DNA of 64,000 nucleotides, from positions 4,075 to 68,074 of the forward strand of contig NW_015162031.1 in the NCBI RefSeq assembly GCF_001447785.1. The letters are read 5' to 3'. This stretch comes from Gekko japonicus (Eukaryota). Both the position numbers and the translations under genes were made by a program. Positions 36,894-49,300 of this stretch are shown in pieces. Position 1 is the first letter of the stretch; every line of letters begins with the position of its first letter. Below the pieces are notes generated by a model. That model searched no databases. It was given only the letters and a program-made list of their open reading frames with translations, and was not told where the DNA came from.

Positions 36894-37322
36894 CAGAGGT
36901 GTTGAACTCATTTGTCATGAGGGGCAGATCTGACATAAATGTCACTTTGTTGGGACAGGCCATGTGTGCCATAAAATGTAATGCCAGGTACCGGAGACAG
37001 AAACTGTATAACGGATAGCAGTTGGTAAGCTCTGAGTTGGTGTATCCTCATTGCAAGGCCTCATGGGCTGGGGGGGGGGGGAGAGGAAAATGCACATAGG
37101 TGGACTGGAGAGCCAGCAGTGCAGAACTGGGCAGATGCTCCCACACTGCTTGACTGCTGCAGACGAGATTATTCTGCCATGCTGGAGCCACAATTGGAGT
37201 GGCTCTGACCATTCCACCTCAAGCAGTCTTCTATTCCCTCCCTTGCACTAGTTGCTCACAGGCTGCATAAAAACCCTGGGTGGGCCGCTTCTGCCCTCTG
37301 GGCCTTGTGTTTGGCACCCCTG
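36894..37322. mobile_element. Non-autonomous hAT (Charlie-like) transposon
   Basis: Ends CAGAGGTG/CACCCCTG with 8-bp TSD CTTTAAAG (36886-36893, 37323-37330). Confidence 0.88.
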
Positions 37323-37939
37323 CTTTAAAGCATCCAGTTCATTAGTCATTCTCTGCTCAGCTGATGCTAACCAATCAGATCTCTTGGAACAGCCTGTCAC
37401 TCAAGGCCCTCTGGCTCTGTGAAGAATTAACCCTTCTGTTTACACAGCACATCTAAGCTTTTAAAAGTGCAGTCTGTCACAGCCCCATTGGTGTTAATAA
37501 CTGTGCAATCCTTTGCATATTTACTGAGAAAAAAATCTTGCTGTGTTCAATATGTCTTCCATTGAGGTAAGGGTGCATAAGCTTGCAGCCTCACCAATAA
37601 CTATTTTTGTTATATTAATGTCTCTCCGAGATCTAAATGGTGATGTCCCAGCCCTAAGCAGGCCTCTCTTCAGTTCCGCTGATGATAAACCATAAAAGAC
37701 TGCTTTGCAAAGCTTCCCCTGTCTTAAGATGATACCTTTGTTTGTGCTTGCCAAGGATTCCCAACTTTACCAAAAGCTAACATTGTTCCAGCTCAACCAG
37801 TCTTAACAAAGGCCTAATTACAGAAAAAGTAGCAGAGTGAAGATGGTTAAAAAGAAAATTCTGGCCAGCTGGAATGGATCCAAAACATTCCTCCTTAGTC
37901 CCAAAGTGGTCCCATGAATCTGCCTTATTCTGAATCTGA

Positions 37940-38115
37940 TCCTTGGTCCATTGTGATCAGTATTGTCTAGTCAGACTGGCAGCTGCTCTCCAGGGTCTCA
38001 AGCTGAGGTCTTTCACATCATCTACTGCCTGGTTCTTGTAGCTGGAGATGACTGGGATTGAACCTGGGACCTTCTGCATGCCAAACAGATGCACTATCAC
38101 TGAGCCACAGCCCTT
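37940..38115 (-). mobile_element. tRNA-derived SINE
   Basis: Minus strand gggctgtggctcagtgatagtgcatctgtttggcatgcagaaggtcccaggttcaatccc contains A and B boxes. Confidence 0.75.
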
Positions 38116-38337
38116 CCAGTGACTAGTCTCTCACTAATTAGCGTGTAGCTCTGTCTCCCCACATATTCACCCAGCAGCTTGGCATCTTCCTTTTTGAGAA
38201 TGTGTGGGTGTGGGAGCTGGAATTATGTGCTTACACACATGTATTTGGAATACTTCAAGGCTACTTAAAGATAGCATCCCTTAAAATGTGTATTAAATAC
38301 AAAAATGGGAAGAAAGCAGGAGGAGAAAGTAATGAAG

Positions 38338-38624
38338 TGTTATGTATGGAACAGAATGTATGAATGTATTGAGCTTGAGTCTAAGCAAGGTATTGTAAAC
38401 TGACCTATCAGAACAAGGGAAGTTCTGGAGGGAAGCAAACTGATTGGTCTTTATGTACTGAATATGATTGGATGTTATCTGACTTGTGGGCGTGGCTTTT
38501 CAAGCCCGGCCTGTTTAAAAAGGAGCCTGTTGCTCAGTTGTTTGTCTCGTTCTGGTTCTTCTGACTTAGTGTAAATAAAGCTGTTATCACTGTTCACCTG
38601 CTGCCTCGAGTCTCATATTTAACA
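38338..38624 (+). mobile_element. Solo LTR of an LTR retrotransposon
   Basis: TGTTA...TAACA ends, two ATTGG (CCAAT) boxes, TTTAAAA, AATAAA, and flanks TGAAG/TAAAG (4 of 5 match). Confidence 0.75.
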
Positions 38625-39239
38625 TAAAGACAAATTAAACTATGGAAAAAATAAAGAAATGTGTTATCCTTAACTGCTTAGGGGTTTGGAAAAAGGTCAA
38701 AACCATCAGTCTTAACAGGGAGGGATCCCAAAGATTTCATACATGATGCTGTATGAAAAGGCTGGGTCCTTCCAACTATTTCACTCAATTCTTTCAACTC
38801 TCCTTACTTCAATCCCCATCCTACAAGACTTTTTTACATGCAGAATGCATCATATACTTTTTAGGTGGTCAAAGAGGTTGTCTCCTCCCACTTTCAGCAA
38901 TGGAAAAGGCTTACTCAGTCCAACCCAACATGTTTCATCAAGGAACACTCTTTAGGCTGGAGGACAGAATCTCCACTAGTGGAATGTAATTGCCAGAAAT
39001 AGTAGAACATTTCCATTAGAGTGATATGTTGAAAATAATGCATTCAGGTTAACAATATGGCTTCCATATTCTGAACACATTAAAGCACCAAATAGTTTTT
39101 TGAGGGAAGGGTCTACGTATACTCTATTTCTACTGGGTTTAGATGCAGCCAGGAATAAATCTAATTCATTTACATTTATATTGCTGTTTTATCTGCTGTA
39201 ATTTTATGTAAGCCACCCTGAGCCTTCTTCGTTGGGGAG

Positions 39240-40931
39240 GCTAAAGTTACTGTCCTATAGTAGCTGAGCAAGTCAGTTGTAGATAGACCTCCCTCTTTTT
39301 TTGATCTACTAAGGGTTGCATGCGGGATACGATGGTGTTTGTATGCCCATATAAAGTCATTGAAGTCTTTCTGCCATCTCCTAATTTGCTGAATAGAAAT
39401 AGTAATAGGTAACACCCTAAAATAAAAAAGATACTTGGATAAAATATAAGACCTAATGATGACCGTCCTATCAAAGAAGGATAACATTTTTGCACTCCAT
39501 GTTTTAAGCTTCTTCATATTTTCTTCATATAAAGAAGAAAAATTGATCGAGTAAATTCTCTAAGTTTAAGGGAATCTTAATTCCAAGGTACTGAATATAT
39601 TCTGTAGCCCATTGGTAAGTATAGGTCTGTTTGAGTGTAGAAGCAACATCAGTGTTCAAAAATTTGGGATAAATAACCGATTTAGCAAGATTTATTTTAA
39701 GACCTGCTATACGTCCAAATGTGTGTAGAATCTTATGGAGCTCTGATAGAGATTGGCATGGGTCAGTCAGATATAGCAACACATCATCAGCAAAGAGGCT
39801 AATTTTGAAGTTTTTGTTTTTGAAGTTGAAACCTTGAATCTTATCAGATTGTCGTATTAGACACGCCAAGGGTTCCATGGATAAAGCAAAAAGAATAGGT
39901 GAAAGAGGACACCCCTGACGGGTGCCTCTTTGAAGGGTGAATTCCATTGAAGATAGGCCACTGACCAAGAGTTGGGCCTTGGGGTGATCATATATAGCGC
40001 GCATTGATCTTCTGAAGATGGGACCGAAATTCATATGCTTAAGTAGAGATTCAAGGTAGTTAACTTCAAGAGAATCAAAAGCCTTCAATTGTTAAAATTA
40101 AGGAATTGAGATGTTTGGAGGGCCTACCGTAATGAATGAGATTTAAGGTTTTCCTGATGTTATCAGAAATGTCCCTTTCAGGCATAAATCCCGTTTGATC
40201 TTTGTGAATATAAAAAGTTATAATTTGTTTGAGACGGACCGCTAAGATAGATGTGAATAATTTATAATCTATCTTAAGAAGGGAAATAGGCCTGTATGAT
40301 TTCGGGTCCGATAGGTCTTTTTCTTTTTTTGGTATTAAAATTATATTAGCTTTTTTCCAGGACTCCGGGAGTTGTCCTAAAGCCAGAACCTCGTTGCAAG
40401 TGTCAGTGAGCGGTTTGCTGAGCAGCTGAGCAAACACTTTATAGTATTCCGATGTAAAGCCATCAGGTCCTGGTGACTTATTTAGTTTAAGAGATTTTAT
40501 GGCACGCTCCATTTCCGCAATCTCAATAGGTCTTTCCAAAGCTTCTTGGTGATCAGGCGTCAATTTATTCAAATGCGTAATAGAGTCCAAAATTTTTTGA
40601 ATGCTATGAGGGTCAGAGCCCTTGGAGGCATAGAGAGACCAATAAAATGTTTCCAGGATTTTAATGACATCCTTGGGATCAGAGCAAATTTTACCTGCTG
40701 AATCTCTAAGGGCGTGGATGAAGCGATTTTTGCGTTGCTTTTTTAAGTCTCCAAGTTAGATACCTTAGTTTTCTAGGGGATTGTATGATATTGGATTGAC
40801 AGAAATGGAACTCTGATTTTTTGATGCTAAGAGCATCCAGAGCCTCTAATTGTTTCCTAGCATTTTGTAGAAGTTTAAAAAATTTTCTACTACAGGTAAG
40901 TTTGTGTTTATGTTCAAGTTCCGAAATTTTT
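39240..40931 (-). mobile_element. L1/Tx1-like LINE ORF2 reverse transcriptase region (frameshifted)
   Basis: KSPGPDGFTSEYYK, YRPISLL..DYK, DQTGF, KAFD, GTRQGCPLSPILF, LFADD and YLGI are spread over ORFs 40075..40590, 39525..40088 and 39176..39517. The element runs into a gap, and 41644-42400 may be its 5' part. Confidence 0.93.
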
Positions 40932-42849
40932 NNNNNNNNNNNNNNNNNNNNNNNNNNNNNNNNNNNNNNNNNNNNNNNNNNNNNNNNNNNNNNNNNNNNN
41001 NNNNNNNNNNNNNNNNNNNNNNNNNNNNNNNNNNNNNNNNNNNNNNNNNNNNNNNNNNNNNNNNNNNNNNNNNNNNNNNNNNNNNNNNNNNNNNNNNNNN
41101 NNNNNNNNNNNNNNNNNNNNNNNNNNNNNNNNNNNNNNNNNNNNNNNNNNNNNNNNNNNNNNNNNNNNNNNNNNNNNNNNNNNNNNNNNNNNNNNNNNNN
41201 NNNNNNNNNNNNNNNNNNNNNNNNNNNNNNNNNNNNNNNNNNNNNNNNNNNNNNNNNNNNNNNNNNNNNNNNNNNNNNNNNNNNNNNNNNNNNNNNNNNN
41301 NNNNNNNNNNNNNNNNNNNNNNNNNNNNNNNNNNNNNNNNNNNNNNNNNNNNNNNNNNNNNNNNNNNNNNNNNNNNNNNNNNNNNNNNNNNNNNNNNNNN
41401 NNNNNNNNNNNNNNNNNNNNNNNNNNNNNNNNNNNNNNNNNNNNNNNNNNNNNNNNNNNNNNNNNNNNNNNNNNNNNNNNNNNNNNNNNNNNNNNNNNNN
41501 NNNNNNNNNNNNNNNNNNNNNNNNNNNNNNNNNNNNNNNNNNNNNNNNNNNNNNNNNNNNNNNNNNNNNNNNNNNNNNNNNNNNNNNNNNNNNNNNNNNN
41601 NNNNNNNNNNNNNNNNNNNNNNNNNNNNNNNNNNNNNNNNNNNTGAAAGCTCAGACCGCTACAGCTACTCAAGAGGAGCTGGATCCGTCCCTACGGGGCA
41701 AAAGGAAAAGACAGAGGCAGAACACTCCTTTCAAGTGGAGCAGGATTCACTCAAGGCAGAGGATTAACTTCTGATCCTGTCAAAGCTGCAGTCTTCTCTA
41801 CAGCTCCTGGAAGTCTTTCTCTGTTACTAGACAGCTATCTAATCCATTCTCTTTCTTTCGGTTTTTCATGGTCTTGTTGTTAATTGTATTCTTTTACACC
41901 ATGACACAGATGTTCGTGAAAGATATTTTGAGATTGTCTCTATATGTTATAACGGTGTGGGGGGTGTTGGGGGACTCAGTGCATCTCCGTTTCAATGGCA
42001 TTGATTAAGTTTTGGTTTCTTCAGGTGGTAATCTCATTTTCTGTTTTCAAGGAGACAGGTGTGGGAGACTCTCTCATGAATGGGGTTTACTGGGGGGGAG
42101 AGGAGGGAGGGGGTATGGAGGTGGTTCTCAAGGGGTGTGTGTTTATTTCAGAAAATAGTTTTTTAATGTTCTCTAAGCTTCAATGTTCAGCGGTCAGGTG
42201 GTGTGTTCTACTAGTCTATGTGAAGGTAAAGGCAACAAAAGAGCTTTTAGCAAAAGGTGAAGGTTCATTTGGAAAGCATCAGGATAAAGGTTATGTAGGT
42301 CTTTCAGTTGTATTTAAACGGTTTGGGATTAACTGTTATGCTGAGATGAAAGCTCGATCACATGGTACATTTTAGAACACGACCCAAAAATATGAAATAT
42401 GTAATTCATATAGTTACACATCCAACATTTAACTTGTAATGAATATTCTCTCCCCCCTGCTTTTTCACCCAAAGACTCCCCCTCCCCAAAGACAGTTATT
42501 TACCAGAAAATGACAGATGGTTTATTTTGGCTAATGGTAAATTTTGTTCTTTCTTCTTCTTTTTTGGCATGGTTGCAGCTTCTTAAACCAACACCTTAAC
42601 AGCCCCTGTTTCAGCTATTCCATTCATTCATTCATTTAAAATGTTCATAATTGCACTCTTCCATCTTGAAAGAGATCCATAAGGTATCATAGAATAAAGT
42701 GGAAAAAATCAAACATCTTAAGCTCATGAGCAATTTTCACTACGTAAAGTACTGTGGGTGGACATACTGTGGGAGGATTATCATTTTGCTGTTTTGCTGT
42801 ATTTTCAGGCCACATAATAACTTTTTCTCTCTCTCAGAAAGCTTTTTTG

Positions 42850-45140
42850 AAATTGATAAACACATAAAAGCTTAACACATTAGTCATAACAACAATTGTT
42901 ATAAATAAACAATTGTAACAGTAATATATTAAAAAAATACATTGAGGGAGGGAGGATGTAACATGTATATATTAGAACTAACAAAGGCCGATCAACTAAT
43001 ACACAATATTTATAGTTTCAAGAAAGGTTCAAATTCTTTTTGAGAAGGAAAGTACTCAAGAATCGGAAACCAAATTTTAACAAAGTTTAAGGTATAGGGG
43101 TCAGATTCACCTGGTAACATGGTGTCTGCTAATTTGTCCATTATACAAAGTTTCTCAACTTTCAAAAACCAATCGTATCTGGTAGGTCTTTTGTCAACTT
43201 TCCAAAACCTAGCGATGACTGCGTGAACTGCTGCACAAAGTATTTCTATTAGACTAGAAATAGTCATATGACTTTCGGTAGTAGGCCAATAGTTTAATAC
43301 TAAAGGTTCCATTTCAAACGAGACCTCAAATTTAGTTATAGCATAAATTTGTTTTACTACTGATTTCCAAAAAAACTCTTATAATTGTATGGTCCCACTA
43401 GCAATGTCTGTAGGAGCCCAATTCTTGACAACATCTCGAACAATATGATGAAGTGTCTTTTTGAATGTAGCTGAGTTTAGGGGGTGTGTGTTAAATACCA
43501 TCTAGTAATCACTTTAAAAAATTGACTGTGAATAGATATATTTTTTGCCCAAAAGAGAGAGCATATTTCTTTCCATCTAATAAAGTGGTTGAGAGCAGTC
43601 TTTATTTCAACAAATGATATAGGAATGTAAGGAGCCATCAGCTGTCGATAGTAGCATTTTATATAGTAATTATATAAAAATATAATTTATAATATATATA
43701 TAGCTTGCATGGGGATTTCTAACCAAATGCATTGAGACTAGTTTTCGATCTCTCATGCAATGGCCTACTTTCTAAACTGTGCCGAAGTTGTAAAAATTGG
43801 TACCAAGGTATTATACCACGGCCTTTGTTTTCTAAGTTATTTTTGGTGAGAATATGACCTTCAGAAGTAATATAAGTCTGTTTAACTTCATAAGCTTCCA
43901 GTTGGCAAAGGAATCATCTGAAGGTTGATAATGGGAATATAGTAGGAGCTAGTTTATTGCAATGTATCTCCCAAACCGCCAGAGTACATAGGAGATAGGG
44001 ATTTTGATTTGTTGATTGGGGCCTTTCCTTTTTCATATTCCAGATTAGTTCTTGTAGAGGCTGAGAATCAGAGAAAGATTGATCGATTAGAGTCCAGTCT
44101 GGTGCCATGTCTGAATGCAGCATTTTGATCAGATTAGTAAGATGTGTTGCATCATGATACAGCAACAACTCTGGAAAGCCAGTACCACCGTCTTTAACTA
44201 GTTTACGTAGAGTATAGAAGCTAATCCTACATTTTTTATGGTCCCAGATAAAATGTAAATGAGTGTTTTGCTGTGTCCTTATATCATGCATACAAATTAT
44301 TATTGGGAGCGTATGGAACAAAAAAAAAAAGCATTTTGGCAAAATAAAGGATTTAATTAAGTCTATACGTTCTGTCCAAGAAAAGAAAAGCTGATGCCAT
44401 TTGTCCAGTTTAAGTTTGATTGCTTTATAAGTTATGCCAAAATTGTGGTGAAAAAGATCCTTTAACGGAATGGGTATGAAAATCCTCAAATGCCTCCAGG
44501 TGTTTGTAACCCATTTGAAATTGTAGGGCCTTTTGATGTTGTTTGTGAGCTCAGGTGATATGTAAGTAGGATAAATTTCTGACTTCCTCTGGTTAATTTG
44601 GAAGCCCGATATCATACCAAAGTGAAATAATTATTCATGAACATATTTTAAGGAGTCAATTGTGTCAGTGAGATATAGAACAGTGTCATCTGCAGAGAGG
44701 CTTATTTTAAAAACTGCATTGTGCATATTGATCTCTCAAATAAGTGGGTTAGCACAAATAGCAATAGCCAAGGGTTCCATAGTGATAGCAAAAAACGATG
44801 GTGATAAGGGATACCCCTGTCTTGTGCCTCTCATGGGGGTAAAGCTCCCTGAGTTAAGACTGTCAATATGGATTACTATATAGGGTATTAATTGTCCTCA
44901 TAAATTTCTCACCAAAACCCATACACTTTAATACAGGTTGGAGATATGGTGCTTCCAGCGTGTCAAATGCCTTCTCAATGTCAAGAGAGAGAATTATGGA
45001 GATTTTTTATTTCTGCAATAATTTATAATGTTTAAAGACTTGCAAATATTACCAGCAATATTGCATGAAGGCATGAAACCTGTTTGATCTTTATGTATAT
45101 ATTGTGTTATGAAACATCCTAGCTGATTAGCAACGATAGC
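42850..45140 (-). mobile_element. Second, older L1/Tx1-like LINE (RT to 3' end)
   Basis: Minus-strand DIEKAFD (about 44980), GTRQGYPLSP (about 44820) and SADD (about 44690), plus ORFs 43914..44615 and 43010..43312 with L1 ORF2 C-terminal features. Many disruptions. Confidence 0.88.
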
Positions 45141-45142
45141 AA

Positions 45143-45500
45143 CCTGTGCTCTGCCAGCTCTACTGGCTCCAAACTGAAAACCAGATTAAGTTCAAGGTAC
45201 TGGTCCTGACCTTTAAGGCACTGAATGGTCAGGGACCAGTGTACCTATGGGACTGCCTCTCCTGGTATGTCCCCTGGAGAGCATTACGCTCAAGCGATCA
45301 ACATCTATTGGAAGTCACTGGCTCAAATATTGTCTGGCAGTCCTCAACCTTTTTGGCCCTGGCGCCAGGTTGGTGGAACTCTCTGCCTACCAACATCAGG
45401 GCCCTGTAGGATCTGTTACAATTCTGCAGGGCCTGTAAGGCAGTGTTGCTCTGCCAAGCATATGGTTGAGAACAGCAACGGTATTAACATCAACAGTATT
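45143..45500 (+). mobile_element. L2 LINE ORF2 C-terminal fragment
   Basis: PVLCQLYWL...IKFKVLVLTFKALNGQGPVYL...RALRS...APGWWNSLP. Confidence 0.85.
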
Positions 45501-45519
45501 TAACTTCAATGGGTTTAAC

Positions 45520-46084
45520 CAGAGGTCGATTCGGGGGGGAATCGCGGGGGATCGCCATTCCCCTGGGTGAGGTGTGGGGGCGGGGCACACAACAAAGCCC
45601 CACCCCCTGCTTCTGGCTGCCCCGCTTCCAGCCCTCATTCAGCCAGGAGGAGGCAGGAGAAGAGGGAGGGTAAGTTGCTTCCTCCCTGCCTCTCCCCACC
45701 TCTGCCTGCCTGGGGCCAGGGAAGGCCTTGGCAAGGCTTCCTCACACTCCCACCAGCCTTGCAGGTCCACCGCCGGGCCCCTGATGGGGCTCGGCAGTGG
45801 AGCCGCAAGGCCAGCGGTGGCAGCAGCTGGGACCGTTGGGGGCGAGGGCCTTCGCGGGGCTTCCTCACACTCCCGCACCTTTAAGACTAACAAAAAGCAC
45901 CTTTAAGACTAACCTTTAAGACTAAGACTAACTGAGTGGTGGGTTTGGCCCTATCACACACTTCTGGTGATGGCAGGGGGTGTGGCCTTATGATACACTT
46001 CCGGTGATATCAGGGGGTTGTGGCATATGCTTATGAGTTATGCTAATGAGTTCCCCTAGCTCTTTTTCTACAAAACGACCCCTG
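45520..46084. mobile_element. Non-autonomous hAT element, copy 2 (longer)
   Basis: Ends CAGAGGTCG/CGACCCCTG with 8-bp TSD GGTTTAAC (45512-45519, 46085-46092). Homologous to 31315-31656. Confidence 0.9.
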
Positions 46085-46095
46085 GGTTTAACACC

Positions 46096-46172
46096 TATTC
46101 CATAGTTCCCCAACTGATAATCCAATCATCTACAGCATGTGGAACAAAGACATTAAAATGGCAATGAGGAAA
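46096..46172 (+). pseudogene. OR TM7/helix-8 remnant
   Basis: YSIVPQL, a 1-nt frameshift, then NPIIYSMWNKDIKMAMRK. Confidence 0.7.
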
Positions 46173-46189
46173 CACCTTTGCTTCCTTAA

Positions 46190-46341
46190 TGCTGTGATCA
46201 CACACACTAAATAATGCAATTTCAGTCCACTTTCAATGCACTTTCCAACTGGATTTTGCCAGTTCAACACAGTAAAATCCAGTTGGAAAGTACATTGAAA
46301 GTGGATTGAAAGTGCATTATTTAGTGTGTGTGATCACAGCC
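46190..46341. mobile_element. Palindromic MITE (PIF/Harbinger-like)
   Basis: Near-perfect hairpin of about 150 bp (gctgtgatcacacacactaaataatgca.../...tgcattatttagtgtgtgtgatcacagc) flanked by TAA (46187-46189, 46342-46344). Confidence 0.8.
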
Positions 46342-49300
46342 TAAGTTTGCATTTCGTCGTAAATGAAACTCTGTTCATAGGTTGCTGAAGTCTTGCCTCC
46401 TTGAACATTTGTTCAGAACCTCCTGATTTGTCACTAGCATTACTCACTCATTTTAAGCACAACTTCCCAAATATGACACAAAGCCATTGGGTGGGATCCA
46501 ATCCATTTTTCCACTGGTGAAAAAGAGAGGATGTGGGGGGTTACAACCAGAAGGCTATGCTGAAGTTCATGGAACTGATATGAACAAACACCATGAGAGA
46601 ACAGAGGCTCTAATAAAGAGGGGAATTTGGTGAGATTAAGCAAGAAAGTTTGTTGTATCCAAAACATTGTTCATTGTAATTGTAGTTAAGGATTAAATGA
46701 TGGTTTGAACACAGAGATTTAGGCTGGGCCATAGTTGGCTTACTCTACCCAGCTGCTATTTCATTTGACTACAGAAGATTGTATAAGACAGATCAAAGAT
46801 CTGAGCTGGTAAAATTGTGTCCCAGAATTCAGCCCACATATTCCTTCTTCTAACAATGGCAATCTACTGGATGGAGAATCTAGAGGTGGATAGCCAATGA
46901 GCAAAGTGTATCTATATGCACTGGCTTTTGCTATACAATGTAGAACAATTCTGAGTGGTCAATAAAAGTGAGCATTTCTTCTATAATTCAAGATTCTTGC
47001 AATTTGAACAGAGGAGTGGCCATATATCTCCCCCATTCTCTATATCTTTTTAATAACTTAAAACTTTCAGGAAGGGCACAATATCCTAAAATGTCAGGTT
47101 TCTGAAACAGTAACTGGAATTAGTGTGTGTGGGGGAAGTATTTTCCTGAGAAAGGGCAGGGAGAAGTTGAACACTGTGTCTTAGAATGATGAAACATATA
47201 CTTCCTACAGCAGTAAAATCCCACACCAATTTTACTGTATCAAGGTTGCTTTTCACCAGAATTGAGTAGTGTTTTTTTTGTGATCTCAACAATGTATCCT
47301 CCCTCAGGTTTGATCTTTGTTTGTTTGTTTTTAATGCTTGATTTGATAGGACAAGGAAAGCTTTTTTAAAACATTGGCACAGATTTTAGAGCAGCTTAGC
47401 AGCTTTATTTAGGGGGAAATGCCCTGTATCTTCCAGTAACATGGGCATATCCATCCTTATCTATCCATGTTGTTTCAAAATGGCTCCCCACTAGATCTAT
47501 TATAGTAGTCTGAATTGCATATTGTATCTAAAACTCAAGGTTTTTGTCACTCTTTGTCTTGGCTGTAAGAAATAAATGTAATTTGAAAATGACTTCTCAA
47601 CACTATTTTAAACTTCACATTCTCAATTAAAAGAGCACAAAGGTGCAGGGGTGTCCCTAGAGAAACAATTAAACTTAATTTTTGAATGAGTTCATAGACA
47701 TCTGATAAAAACAGTCAGGTAATTACACTTCATTAATGTAATTGGGAAGTACTATAATACTCCAAATGCTTTATTTTCTCCTTGATTTCTCTTCACAGCT
47801 TTAAACAAACATCATATGGATACAAACTTTTTAAGGTGGTGGTTTCAGTTAATGTTTCCAAATTAGACTCCTTAGGTCATGAGAAGTTCTTTTAAGGTCA
47901 TGGGAGTTAGGACATCTTACTGTAGCTCTGAAAACTGTATAAGCATTACATGAGTCACCATGAAGGGATAATTTATGTTGGTTTTTCTCATTTCCCTGAG
48001 AAATTAATTAAAACAGCCTGTAGCTAGCACAATTTTCTCTTTGTTTTACTCTTCCAAAGATTATTCTTTTCAAAATGTAGACTTTGGGGCACTCCAGGTA
48101 AAAACATATGATTTAGTTTCAAAAGATGCACCTTAATGACTAAGCAAAAATAAATAAATCAGGCTTTCAACTCCTATTGCAAGAGAAGCAGAGGAATGAG
48201 AAGTGATTTGGTTTTCAGTCAATTGTAGCCATAAGCAGCAACCCAGCCCAGCCACTGTTCTGGAATAAACCACATAAATCCAATATATATAGGACTGCTA
48301 GGGCTAATTCTTTATTTTAGCATACCTGGAGTACCTGGAATCTTAGCCATCCAGGCCCATTACACAAGCACATTTTACTGCAGATTTTCAGAACAGTAAC
48401 CCTTTAAACTTGACTTTGGATTCTGTGCCTGCCATATGCACCAATCTGGTGTATTTATTCTGCAACCACACTTTAAAAAAAAGACTTTTCTAAATAGGAA
48501 TGGAATGTCACTTATGACATGTGGGGGGTAGTGTCCCTATTGCAACTGTGCAGTAGAGCACAGCAAGCCCCTTCCATTTAAATTCCCATGGTTCAGGTTT
48601 TGCACTTGCATTTTAGCATTAGTTTGTGAAATGAAAGGGAACAGAAAGGAATGCAGGCAAAGTGGAGGGGGGGCAATGATGAAACTGACAAGCAGCTGAG
48701 AAGACCCCTTTTTCTTATTGCAGAGCACTAGGGGATTCTCTGCTGTGTTCAGTCACTGTGAAAAATGGGAAGGTGTCACATAATATGGGGAAACATGTTG
48801 AGTTTACCGAATGCATGGTAGAACCCACTGCAAGCTTGAACATTGGCAGTATGTGTGCATGTGTGTGCTTGTGCAAAGTCAGCTGCAACTCCACCATGCT
48901 TTGCACAGAGCTGCAATTTGTATGGGCTGTACAAGGCTGCAGCTCCACCACATTTTCTACAAAGCTGCAATTTGTATGGGGGAGGAGACCTTTGGGAGAA
49001 ACTCTGCTTTTTTAAATCTTGTGCTACTAAATTGAAAAGGGGGGTTGTAATATACCCAGTTGTCCCATTGGGACAACCCATCATGCTTTATTTTCATACC
49101 ATTTTTTTGGTTTCCTCACATCATGTCTTTTCTCTAGGTCCACACATGCTCCCATGTTTTGAGTGTGTATTAGCTGGCTATGCTATGGATAAACAGCATG
49201 GATGTTATGTATAAAAGCCACACTAATAGAATATTTGTATTATGAATGAATCTTAAAACTGATAGCAATAACTAAGCATCCAAAATATTAGAGAAAAAAA

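Noticed and set aside
37360-37575. CCAAT/TATA-like motifs and a GAG|GTAAGG donor suggesting a plus-strand promoter
   Set aside because: No paralogous conservation and no downstream intact gene. Such motifs occur by chance.
41995-42375. 126-aa plus-strand ORF
   Set aside because: No recognisable domain. Probably antisense to an L1 5' region.
48870-48985. Two direct repeats of about 55 bp (ctgca.ctccacca...agctgcaatttgtatggg), superficially repeat-spacer-like
   Set aside because: Only two units, vertebrate context and no cas genes. Most likely an internal TE repeat, not a CRISPR array.
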